Of a stretch of 49,105 nt of DNA, positions 1 to 12,215 are shown piece by piece. Numbering within the stretch: position 1 is the first letter of the stretch; each line of letters opens with the position of its first letter. The DNA is from Paraspadella gotoi (taxonomy: Eukaryota; Animalia; Chaetognatha), in the NCBI GenBank assembly GCA_051294375.1, contig CM119263.1:5731204-5780308 (forward strand). Direction: 5' to 3'. Position numbers and translations under genes: made by a program. Below the pieces are notes generated by a model. The model did not search any database and was not told where the DNA came from. It saw only the letters and a program-made list of their open reading frames with translations.

Positions 1-65
1 GAATTGATAAGGGAAGAAAAAGAGATGAATGAGGCGATAAGCGCTGCGAGTCAGAGAGAGAGAGC

Positions 66-96
<31 letters not shown>

Positions 97-896
97 GTTT
101 TTCGTGTTTTCGTTGAAATCTTTGAAAAAAATCTTGATATTGAAAAACAGTGCCAGGTTTTTTGTGTTTGGTGCCGAATGGTGAAACAAGTTTGAAGAAT
201 CTCAAAGGTTTTTTTAAAAAAACTTTAAAATATTCAAGGTGAAATTTAAAAGTAACATCTCAGAGTGTTTTAAATGTGCGGTCTTACATTGATATAATAG
301 TTAACTGTTAAGAGAGTATTTTTATCTGAAATCTTAAACGGATCGATTTCTATGAACCATTCTTACATTTTTCATGACATGTATGATATCATCACAAACT
401 ACGGTCCATGTGGTTCGGGGATTGGTTGAGAGAACCTAGTCAGTTCAGAAGAAACCAAAAATGTTTTCGTCTTCTTTCCTTTCCTTCTTTTCTTTTTTTC
501 TTTTCGTTTTTCTTTTTTCTTTTCTTTTCTTTTTCTCTCTTGACGTTTTCAAACTTTATTTGACTCACTTTTCTTTATTCTTGTCATGGAGACACCGAGG
601 AGGAAGAGAGGGGATGGGGAGGAGGAAGGGGAGGGAGGAAAAGGGAGAGGGGAGGAGAAGAGAGAGGGAGGGAGGAGAAAGGGGAGGGAGGAAAAGGGAG
701 AGGGGAGAAGAAGAGAAAGGGGGGAGGAGGAAGGGGAGAAAAAAGGAGGCAGGGATTGAACCCGAGGGGAAGGAGAAGAGGAGGAAGAAAAAGAGGAAAA
801 AGAATTTCGGTTCAAATTCTCGGATCAAAAATCGATTCCTCGAGATTTTCAACTTTTTTTTTCAAATCGTCAAAGATTTTCGGTCCGAAATTCGTC

Positions 897-929
<33 letters not shown>

Positions 930-1662
930 GACTCACTTCCTCAACAGGAATCCTAAATCTTTTTCCTTCTCCTCCTCCTTCTTCTCCTCTTCTTCTCCCT
1001 CTGGATTATTAATTAAACTGTCATTGTGTTCATTTGTTTCTCGTCTCAAACCTGCGAAGCTTCCGGGCGAAGCTTTGCCTCTTCCTCTTCCTCCTCTTCC
1101 TCCTCATTATTCTTCACCTTTAGCGTCGTCGTTGTCGTCATCATCATCATTATCATCATCTTCAACATCATCTATATCACATCATCATTATTATCATCAT
1201 GGTTAACCTTAAAATCAAAATCCTAATTATAACAAAAACAACAAAAAATTGTGAAAGCTCAGGGTCATGATCTGACCCCACAGTGAATGAAAAAGGTCCA
1301 AGACTCCCGATACAGTTGGAGATTACGCGCTCTCTCTCTCTCTCTCTCTCTTTCCTTGACCCTCTGTCCCCCCCGAGCCTCTCTCAGGTCATCGATGGCC
1401 CGACCGTCCCTCCCCCTTTCTAAGACCTGCCTTTCCAAGTGACACAGCCCGGGCGGCTTCCTCCCCCTCACCCCCCAACCGTGCCGTCGAGGCTGCGAAG
1501 CCCAGATGGATTGCGGTTCGGCCCCTCGTCGCATCTAGTCGAGGGATTTTCCATTACGTTCCTTTTTTTTCTTTCCTTTTTTTTTATCTCTTTTTAAGCT
1601 AATGGTTTTTCTTTTCAACTCAACTTCGCTTTGATTGTCAAGACGAGGATGTCACAGACGTA

Positions 1663-1754
1663 GTCGTTGTCGTCGTCGTTGTCGTCGTCGTCGTCGTTGT
1701 CGTCGTCGTTGTCGTCGTCGTCGTCGTTGTCGTCGTCGTCGTTGTCGTCGTCGT
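1663..1754. repeat. (GTC/GTT)n trinucleotide microsatellite
   Basis: Directly visible. Confidence 0.95.
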
Positions 1755-1900
1755 CCTCTTCTCATTTTTTTATTCCGTTTCGCTTGACATCGAATTAATT
1801 TGCATTTAATTTTCAAAAAAAGAAAAAAAAGAAAGAAAAAAATTTAAAGAATTTAATGAAATGAATTCGAAAAAAATTTGACTAAGGGACGGAGGGACGG

Positions 1901-2035
1901 ACGCCCGATGCCGCCCGACGCCGCCCGACACCGCCTCAAGCCGCCCATCGCCGCCCGACACCGCCTAAAGCCGCCCGACATCGCTTGACGCCAACTGAAG
2001 CCGCCCGACGCCGCTACGGCGCTGCCCGACGCCGA
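1901..2035. repeat. GC-rich 10-bp minisatellite (gccgcccgac), about 13 degenerate copies
   Basis: ccgcccgacg/ccgcccgaca/ccgcctcaag/ccgcccatcg... with 10-bp periodicity. Confidence 0.9.
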
Positions 2036-5000
2036 ACGAAAATCTCCGACGCGGGCTCAGTAGCAAAAAAGGTGATTCCAAAAGGAAGAGATAAAAATCA
2101 ATGCCATTGCCAAAGTTTAAAATTTGATAATTGATAATAAAATAATCGGAACAATAATTTTAACGATTTCAGAGTTACGATTGTTGGCGGTGGTGGGGGG
2201 GGGTGGTTGTTGTTGTTGTTGTTGTTGTAGTTGTTGTTGCTGCTGCTTCAGTGTTAAAAAGTCATTCCCCCCACTTTCAGCTTTTCCTCTCCCTCTTCCT
2301 TCTCTCCACCCCCAACCCTCATTCTATCGGCGCACAAACGGACGAACTCGCGTGNNNNNNNNNNNNNNNNNNNNNNNNNNNNNNNNNNNNNNNNNNNNNN
2401 NNNNNNNNNNNNNNNNNNNNNNNNNNNNNNNNNNNNNNNNNNNNNNNNNNNNNNNNNNNNNNNNNNNNNNNNNNNNNNNNNNNNNNNNNNNNNNNNNNNN
2501 NNNNNNNNNNNNNNNNNNNNNNNNNNNNNNNNNNNNNNNNNNNNNNNNNNNNNNNNNNNNNNNNNNNNNNNNNNNNNNNNNNNNNNNNNNNNNNNNNNNN
2601 NNNNNNNNNNNNNNNNNNNNNACGACGACGACGACGACGACGACGACGACCACCATAACGGGGCCGTCAAAAGACTAAAGCCTCTAATCCTCGAATCTTC
2701 ATCGCGAATTTTTCTCTTTTTTTTCGTTTCAAACTGAATTCGAAAAAACTCCGCCTCTTCTTCCTCCTCCTCCTCCTCCTCCTCCTCCTCCTCTTGGAAT
2801 CACTTTATCGGTTGGAGGCGTCTTTTACTTTGGACGACACTACAGACGATGTCTCACCGACACTTCAGCGGGAACTCCTCATGGAATCCGACCAAGCAGC
2901 TCGCCCGAGTTGAGCATTTATATACCCAGCGCCTGAAGGTACTGAACTGGTCTCAATGGAATCGCAATAAACTCGACCATCTGAGCATTGACGTCTCTGC
3001 AATAACGCTTTGCCTTCTCCAGTTTTTTGACTTCTCAATCGTCTTCGTAGAGTCGGCTTGTCCTGCCGATTGCTCTGTCTGGCGTCGTCNNNNNNNNNNN
3101 NNNNNNNNNNNNNNNNNNNNNNNNNNNNNNNNNNNNNNNNNNNNNNNNNNNNNNNNNNNNNNNNNNNNNNNNNNNNNNNNNNNNNNNNNNNNNNNNNNNN
3201 NNNNNNNNNNNNNNNNNNNNNNNNGGCTAAACGAGAGGAGGACATGAGATGAGAGAGCAGAGAGGAGAGAGAGAGACGAGGAGAGAGATACCGATGTGAG
3301 AGATAGAGAGGGGAGAACGAGAAGAGGAAGAGAGAGAAAGAGAAAAACGAAAAACAATTTTTTTTCTCTCTCACTATTTTTTCAAAGAAAAAAATGTGAC
3401 GACGAAAAATTTTCATTTTTCTCTCGTTCTTTCTTTCTTTTTCTTTAGTTAATTTTTTTTTTAATAAAAAAAAACATATTTAGTCAAAAAATTAATCAAT
3501 CGCCAAATCCAAAATTCTCTCAATCAATCGACCGTTGAAATGTCATTTGTCATTACTTTAAATTAGCTATAGAATCACGACGTCGTCGAAAATTTAATCC
3601 AAATTCCGTTTTTTTTCCCTTTTTTTTGTTTCCACAAGATAAGAAAGTTTTTTTTTGTTTTCCTTTTTCTTTCTTTCCCAAACTCACGTCACAACCGACA
3701 TCAATTACATCCTTTCACCATCCCAGCCCCACTCTCCCCCAACCAAACACCCCAACTGCCCCACCGGCACGCAGCCCACGCCGATCGCGAAGCGAGCCAA
3801 GCCTCAACCCATTCATGGCCCGGGGGCTAATGAGCAGATCAGAAAAAGGGAATTCAAAAAAAAAGGAGGCGACTTTTCAGTCGTCGTCGTTGTCGTCGTT
3901 GTCGTCGCTAACGTCTTCTTTATATGACGACGACGACGACGACGACGACGACGATAACGATGGCGACAATATCGAAAGCAACGTTTGATACGAGATTATT
4001 ATACAAAAAAAAAGACTAAAGAATAAAAAAGAAGGACGATTTTAGAAAAAAAGAGTTTTTTCGCGGTCCATTCAAGGTTGGAGAAAATTTATGGTGACTT
4101 GATGGTGACATGATATCCTTTGCATTCAAGAGGCCCTCCTCTTCTTTCCATTATGCAAACGGAAATCGTCCTCTTAGAAAGTAGAAAGAAAGAGAGAAGG
4201 AAAGAAGAGAAAGAAGGAAAGAGAAAAAGAGTAAAAAGAGAGGAGAGAAAGGAAGAGAGAAAGGTTTAAAAAATAGGATAGCGAAAATGTACATAGAAAG
4301 GCTATATTATGTAAGAGTCTAAGAGGCTATATTATGTAGGAGTCTAATAGAAGAGATAACAAATGTAATTTGGAAACTGAGTTAAATTTACAAGAGTTAC
4401 AAATTGACAAGAATACACATATAAAATAACAAAAAAGTCTAAAACTAAAGAAGTAAATCATAAATATATCCAATTATTTTTAAACACTCCCACCATCGCA
4501 AAAAAAAAAAAAAAAAAAATTAATTGCGGGACGCGAAATAAAATTACGATGCGCTTCCTTTTACATCCTTTCTTTACTCATTGATTCCTATTACATCCCT
4601 CTTTTCTTTATATATTTCTCTTACATCCCTCCCGCCTTCCGTATCAAGGGTAAAAACGTCATCAATTCTCTTTGAAAATGAATTGGGTGTAAAGAAACAT
4701 AAAAAGAGAACGAGACAGTAGAAACGTATGAGTTGAAAGGATCCAAATGTTATAGAGAGAGAGAGAGNNNNNNNNNNNNNNNNNNNNNNNNNNNNNNNNN
4801 NNNNNNNNNNNNNNNNNNNNNNNNNNNNNNNNNNNNNNNNNNNNNNNNNNNNNNNNNNNNNNNNNNNNNNNNNNNNNNNNNNNNNNNNNNNNNNNNNNNN
4901 NNNNNNNNNNNNNNNNNNNNNNNNNNNNNNNNNNNNNNNNNNNNNNNNNNNNNNNNNNNNNNNNNNNNNNNNNNNNNNNNNNNNNNNNNNNNNNNNNNNN

Positions 5001-5811
5001 NNNNNNNNNNNNNNNNNNNNNNNNNNNNNNNNNNNNNNNNNNNNNNNNNNNNNNNNNNNNNNNNNNNNNNNNNNNNNNNNNNNNNNNNNNNNNNNNNNNN
5101 NNNNNNNNNNNNNNNNNNNNNNNNNNNNNNNNNNNNNNNNNNNNNNNNNNNNNNNNNNNNNNNNNNNGTTGAAAAAATATAATTTTAAAATAAGATATAG
5201 TGGATTTTTTTTAGTTCGAGGACACAACCGCAAAGATGGGCGTTTAAATTTGCACGAATTTTTTGCTGAATGACTAATGAAGAATAAACGGGAAAAGGGA
5301 GGAATAAAAATCAAAATGGCCGCCCCCAGTCGACGGAAAATTCGGGAAGAGCCTCGATTTAGAAACCAAACAAAGGAGCAAATTAATTAAATTAAATCGA
5401 AACAACGAAGAAATTTAGCGGAGAATTTGAGATGAAGAGAGCGAGAGAGAGAGAGAGAGAGAGAGACAGGCCCAAGTGGAAAAAATAATGAGAAAGGGAA
5501 GAGCGCAAGAATTGGAGGATTGTGTACAGAAAATGAGGGAGAGAATTCATTATGAGTCTTAATAGCAAAACATCGCATGAAGATGAGATGCAAAAGACGG
5601 AGAGAGAGAGACTTTTTTTCGCATAAACAGACAGAGAGAGAGAGACAGAGGAGGATAGGGACTCCCTCTCCCTTGAGGGAGAGAACCAAATTGAAAGATA
5701 ACTGGGAAGAAATGATTTACATAACTATATAATGTTTGGAGAATTTGTAATTTATGCGTAGTGTGTCTGAAAAATAATCAATTTATGCTAAATTTAAACA
5801 AAGCGGGAGAG

Positions 5812-5862
<51 letters not shown>

Positions 5863-6049
5863 TGGAAGATTGAGAAAAAATTGAGGAAAGGACCTGAAGG
5901 TAAAAAAGAAGGTTCTTTTCTCGGGCGAAGGAAAGGGAGGAAAGGAGGAAAGGAGTTCGAGTTTGCAATCAATTTTCATATTTCCATTTTGAGAAAACGA
6001 AGAGAGCGAGGGGAAAGGAAAGAGGAGGAAAAGGAAAAGAAAAGATGAC

Positions 6050-6385
6050 GGAGAAAAGTGAAGAAAACGGAGGAAAGAAAAGAAGACGGAGGAAAGAAAA
6101 GAAGACAGAGAAAAAAAAATAAAGAAAATTATTCGGAGGAAAGAAAAGAAAAAGAAAAGATAGAAGACGGAGGAAAGAAAAGAAGACGGAGGGAAAAAAA
6201 CAAAAAGGAAAGAAAATTATTCGGAGGAAAGAAAAGAAAAAGAAAAGATAGAAGACGGAGGAAAGAAAAGAAGAGAGAGGAAAAAATAGGAAAAGAAAGA
6301 AGGAAAAGAAGACAGAGGGAAAAAAGAAAGAAAAAAAATAAGACGGAGGAAAGGAAAGAAAGATTAGGAAAGAAAAGAAGAGGAG
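6050..6385. repeat. Purine-rich degenerate tandem repeat with a duplicated ~90-bp unit
   Basis: aagaaaattattcggaggaaagaaaagaaaaagaaaagatagaagacggaggaaagaaaag occurs at ~6122 and ~6210; gacggag repeats several times. Confidence 0.8.
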
Positions 6386-7491
6386 ACGAATTCTTTATAC
6401 AAGAGCGTGCCCGAACCTTAAAAGAAGGAAAAGAAAAAAAAGAAACGAAAAGAAAAGAAAAAAAACGTGAGTAGAAAAAAAAAGCGTTGACAGAGATTTG
6501 AAATTAGAACCAGGAAACGTTGGCATCTCGCACCTGGGAGGGATAAACGTCGAGAGTCTCACGATGAATTCAAGAAAAAATAACAAATGACTTTTTTTTC
6601 TCGTAAAAAAAAGTAGAAGCAAAAAATGAGTTGTTTCATTATTTTATACTAAAAGTACGTATACATATATTTTCATTTATTTTAGGTCTGTATTTATCAT
6701 TATTGTTTCTGGTTCTTCAGTTGTACCATATTCTATAAAAAAAAAAGATATGTTTTTTTTAGTAAAACCTTTCGAAGAGGAATTGTGATTTTGCTCTATT
6801 GTTGATGAGAATTCGAACAACATTGACGACGATGAAGACGACAAAGGCGACGACGACAACGACAACGACAACGACAAAGGCGACAACAACAACGAAGACG
6901 ACGACGACGACGACAAAGGCGTCGACTATCTCATAAAAAAAACTCAAGAATCGAATCGACGATAAAAATCACGCGAATTCATTCGACTTCGATTTAAGAA
7001 CAAAACTCAAGGGGTTTTTCTTCTCTTTGACTCCTTCTCTTTTACCTTTCTTTTTTTTTACTTCTCTTTTTTCCCCTCCTCGTCAAGGGAGACAAATCTG
7101 CGGTTTTCTCTTTCATAAATCTGTCCCCATAGGATTCTCAGCGGTTACTCCCTTTCCGGGCCGCCGCCGCCGCCACGCCGGCCGCGCGCCTGCCGTAAGC
7201 TTGCACCATTACCCCGCCGCCGTTTCGGACTTTTCTACCGCTATTGACGAACCGCCCTCTGATGGCTCCATGCCACTATCGCCTCTCCTCTTCTTCTCCC
7301 TTCCTCCTTTCTCTCTCTCTCTCTTCCTGCCTCCTTGCGTTTCTTTACTCTCTCCCTACCTCTTTCCTCTTTCTCCCCCCCTTAAAGTTTTTCTTCCCCT
7401 GCGAGGTGCCTTTTGCAAGGTGGTGCGGATCTCCCTACGGAATTTCGAGAACATCCCAACTCTCTCTCTCTCTCTCACGACAGTCTCTCTC

Positions 7492-7537
<46 letters not shown>

Positions 7538-8661
7538 GCTCTCTCGTCTCTCCTTTTTTTTCCCAGATTTTTTTTTGGGCTTCTTTTTTCCCTAGGTCTT
7601 TAGGTTTTACCTGAAGTTTTTATACAACTCCTTTATATAACTTTTTCCTTCCTTCCTTCCTTCCTGTCCTTCCTTCCTCCTATCCTTCCTTCTTCGCTTC
7701 CTTCCTTCCTCCACCGTTCCCTTCCTTCCTTCTTCCTTCCTTCCTTCCATTTCCTTTCATCCTTCCTTCTTTTTTCCTTTCCTCCTCCACTAATTCTATT
7801 TTTCTCTTTTCCTTTTCTTCCATGCTCTCTCCCCCTCCATTTCCTATTTCCCTTTTTTATTTCTTTTCTCTCTGTTTAATGTACAATTTGGGCGGGAAAC
7901 GGAAGGGGGGGGGGGGGTGCCGCACCGCCATCAAGGTTTGAATGCGTCAACACATAAACAAAAGAGACAAACAAAACTTAATCTTTCCAAATATGAAATC
8001 AAGACTCCTCTTTTCTCTCTCCTCTTCTCCACGTCTCCTTTCTCTCTCTCTCCCTCTCATCTCTCTCTCTCGCTCACGTTCATCATCTCTCCTCTCTCCC
8101 CTTTTCAAAGACTCCATCTCTTTCCCCAACAAAAAATGTGAGGGCAGATTTCTGGTCGTCACTGGCGAAATTTCGTCGGTTCTCCATCTCATCTCTGTCT
8201 CTCTCTCTCTGTCATCTCTCCTCTCCTCTTCAAGAATTGGCGAGTAACTAAATACAAAGATTGGGCTCAATAAATATATATGGGGAACTTTTATTGTATG
8301 ATGTACATATTTGTATTTGTAGTCAACTAATCTATAACCGTAAAAATATTGTCGACATTTCGCTAGAATAAGTATGATATTTCGTTTTATTTGGAAGAAA
8401 GAAAAGAATTAAAAAAATATAAAAAAAAAGACAAGAAAATTAAGGATATAATAGTTGTGAAGTTAAGCATCGGCGAAATTTAAAGCGAAATAGAGGATAT
8501 CGAATTTCTTGGCGGGAACCAATGCGGATTTTTTCTTCAATTTTCAACATACACCTCCAGGGCACGTGTATGCCTTTCAAGACCCACGAATATTTATCTC
8601 CTCTCTCGTCTCTCTCATCCTCTCTGACTCCCATCGGATCTCGCTCTCTCAGGCTCATCTC

Positions 8662-8700
<39 letters not shown>

Positions 8701-9422
8701 ATTCTCTCTCTTTCCATCTCTCTCTCTCTCTCTTACCTCTCTCTCTCTTTCTTGCTTTCTTTCTCATCAAATGTAATTTTCTGATCAAAGAAGATGAATT
8801 TCTCCCTCAAGTTTTTTTCTTCCCCTTTTTACTTTCTTCTTTTCTTTTTTTTCATTTTCTTTTTCTTTTTCTTTTCTTGCTTTTTTTTTTTTCCTGTTTT
8901 TTCTTTGTGTTTTTTTTTATGTCGTTATTTTTTTTTTTTTCTTTTTCTTTCTTTTCCTTTTCTTTCTTTTCTTTTCTTTTCTTTTCTTTTCTTTTTAGTT
9001 CAGATATTCTCAAAGACAAAATTAACTCAGCGATTCACAGAACTAACTTGAGATGAACTTCATCTGTCATTATCAGTCATCACTTCTCACTGTCACAATC
9101 CGTCCTCAGCCAATCACAACTCAAAAGAGAGAGTTTAATTTTAAAAGACCCAAATGATTTAGTGACGAAAAAACTGAAAGTCTCTCATTTCAGTTTTTTT
9201 TTTGTTTTAATATAATTGGATATACAATTTTTCTTTTCTTTTACATCTGATATTTTTCTGTGTCATTTTTACTAAATTTCCTTTCCTGTTTTTGGCAGCT
9301 AATCCTTTCTCCCCACCCCACCCCACCCTAAACTATCCACCGTCACACTCTCTCCCACCCACCATCTAACTACCACCATCCCCCACCCTTCCCCACCTTC
9401 TCATCGCCAAAGGGGAAAATTC

Positions 9423-9432
9423 TCCCCAGGGA
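9423..9432. promoter_or_regulatory. Perfect COE/EBF binding motif TCCCCAGGGA
   Basis: Matches the established EBF consensus TCCCNNGGGA. Confidence 0.4.
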
Positions 9433-10482
9433 TTTTCGACGCTCAACGGAGCGACTTCTTTCGCTGGGGAAAAAGAGAGGAAAAAATAGAGAAGTGAAAA
9501 TAGAGAAGAAAAAGAAGAAGAAGATAAATGTAAGAAAAGAGGGAAAAAGAGAGGAAAAAATAGAGAAGTGTGTATGAAAAAGTCGAAAAGTGAATTAAGC
9601 GACCGAAAAAGAGAGAAAAAAATTAGAGAAGTGAAAATAGAGAAGAAAGAGAAGAGTAAAAAAGGAAAAAGAAAAAGAGAAAAAACAAATAAAAACAAAA
9701 GAAAACTGTCGGAGGTCGGGAATTTCGCTTCTGCCAAACGAGATAGAGAGCGAGACACGAATGACAATTGACAAAGCCAAAGGACAAAAACTACACTGAA
9801 GACAAAGGACAAAATAAAAAAGAAATAAAAGGACAATTAGAATGTACACGAAGGGACAAGTAACTTATGAATTANNNNNNNNNNNNNNNNNNNNNNNNNA
9901 TTATTTAGAAATATTTTTTTGAACAAAAAGTAAAAAAAAAACTTTATTAGATAAAATGTGAAATATAACTTAAAATGTTTACAAAGAGAAATTTAGCATC
10001 TTGTTTTTGTTTTACTTCGCGATTTTTTGTTTATCTTTTGTTTACAACTCGAAATCACTGGGGGTTTGTAGTGAATCGAGTGGGTTGAGCAACAGAGATT
10101 CCACCTCCCACTTTATCGCTTTCTTAAAAGAATTCACTCTAAATGAAAAAAAAGAAATTGAAAAAGTTAATGATCAAAGGACCTACAGATGGATGGACAG
10201 AAGGACGGATCAACCGATAGGCGCAGATATTGGAAATAATATGAGCTTATTAATTAAGATTTTTTATTTCGATTTATATTAACGTTTGTTTACATTTCTG
10301 ATATTGTTTAAAAAAGACACGATGAAAGAAGACCGAGAAGCATTGAATCCAAAATGCAAAAGTCAATCTTTAGAACAACAACAACAAACAACAACAAAGA
10401 CTGAAACAACAAAAATTATCTTCGCTATGAATCGAATCGGGTAATGAAGCAACACGATACTCTGGAGTCCGCATGGGTGTGG

Positions 10483-10570
<88 letters not shown>

Positions 10571-10803
10571 TGATTAAAAGTGTGAAAAAGGTTAGAGGTA
10601 ACTTATTTTCATTGGCCACATTAAGGAGTCAAGATTTTGGAAGTTAATTCGAAAAAAAAACCGCCTCGTATTATAAAATCAATTTAGAAAAAAAAAAGTT
10701 TATTTTTTTAAATTTTTTGAGACTTTTTCACTTCCATTATATACTCTCTTTTTTTTCCTCTCTTCTCTCTTTCTCTCTCTCTCTTCTCTCTCTCTCTCTC
10801 TCA

Positions 10804-10854
<51 letters not shown>

Positions 10855-11188
10855 CACGCTGTGAAAGAAAAAAAAAAGGAAGCGCTGTTTCCAAGGAAAA
10901 CAAACAAAAAGCGCAACTCGATAAAAACAAGAGGCAAAAAGATGGAAAGAAAAGGTGGGAGGTAAAAAGGGTGGGTAAGTGGGGGGAGTGTGAGTGTGGG
11001 GGCAAGTAGTGGGCGAGTGGGTGCGGGTGTGGGGGGCAGTGGGGTTGATTGGTGAGAGGTGTAGAGGGAGAACCGGTCAGGAAGAGGAATAACAATTAGT
11101 CGAGAACCCAGATGAAGACTAAAGAAACTCTTCATTCGATGGGTGTTACGTTTCAGTCGGCACCGGTCAGAGAGAGAGAGAGAAGAGA

Positions 11189-11230
<42 letters not shown>

Positions 11231-11640
11231 GAGAGAGAGAGAGAGAGAGAAGAGAGAGAGAGAAGGAGGAAGAGAGAGAGAGAGAGAGGGAGCAGGAGAA
11301 AAGAGAAACGCCCACTTAATTGGAAGGAGCGATGAAAAACATGAAAATTCGCCTGGCGAAGTTTAACCTGATCAACATTTTGAAATCGCCTGATCAACAG
11401 TAGAAGTAGTAGTAGAAAATAACTTTCTTATGTTTAAGTAAAAAACTAAAGAAAAATGTCAACTCACTACAATAAGTGCACGTCTAATAATATATAAAAT
11501 AATATAAAACAATAATATATAAGGAAAACTCTGATTATGTGAAAAAACTAAGAAGTCTGACAAACTAAAGAAAGAAAAAAAGAAAAAAAGAAAAAAAATT
11601 GGATCCGGAAAAACGTGGCAATTGTGACACGGTTGGCTCT

Positions 11641-11664
11641 TGACCTTCACGTGACCTTTGACCC
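11641..11664. promoter_or_regulatory. Compound nuclear-receptor response element (DR5 plus DR1) with overlapping E-box
   Basis: TGACCT-tcacg-TGACCT-t-TGACCC; CACGTG at 11648-11653. Confidence 0.5.
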
Positions 11665-12089
11665 TTTGTTTGTGATGGAAACATCGAGAGAGGGAGTGGA
11701 GAGAGTGGGAGAAGGAGAGAGAGAGAGAGAGAGGAAAGGGCCACGCGCCGCACGGTTCGCCCCTGAGAAAACGCGGGTCAGAGAGGAAAGGTCAAAAGGG
11801 AGCAAGTGGAACCAACAGACGGAATTAGGACTAATGGAAACAAAAAAAGAAGAGGAGGAGGAGGAGGAGGAAGAGGAGGAGGAAGGGGTCGACCACCTCG
11901 CCTCTTCCGGTGACGCGTTGACAAACAAAGGGCGTTTTCGACCCCCGGTTGGTTTTGTTGTTGTTGTTGTTGTCGTCGTTTCTCAGCGGAATTGCGGATT
12001 TGCGACTCTGAGCGCGAGTGAAGGTCAGGGTAAGGGTTGAGGTGAGTCACCGGGTCAAGCAGACGAAGACGAACGGAAAGAGAAAAAAG

Positions 12090-12215
12090 ACTTACCTGTG
12101 ATTTGTAGCGATGGAAGGAAAGATGGAGGGATGGAGAGATGGAGGAAGGGATGGATTGACGGGGGGATGGTGGAATATAAAAAAGAAAAAACATTATAAA
12201 CATTTAATTAATTAG
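12090..12215 (-). other. Consensus splice signal CAG|GTAAGT preceded by a long AG-free pyrimidine-rich zone: candidate recursive splice site or alternative exon donor
   Basis: Minus strand ...ccctccatctttccttccatcgctacaaatcacag|gtaagtc, same orientation as coe. No minus-strand AG between 12098 and 12215. Confidence 0.45.

Noticed and set aside
1901-2035. CRISPR-like regular repeats
   Set aside because: The context is eukaryotic, and the units are 10 bp in direct tandem with no unique spacers.
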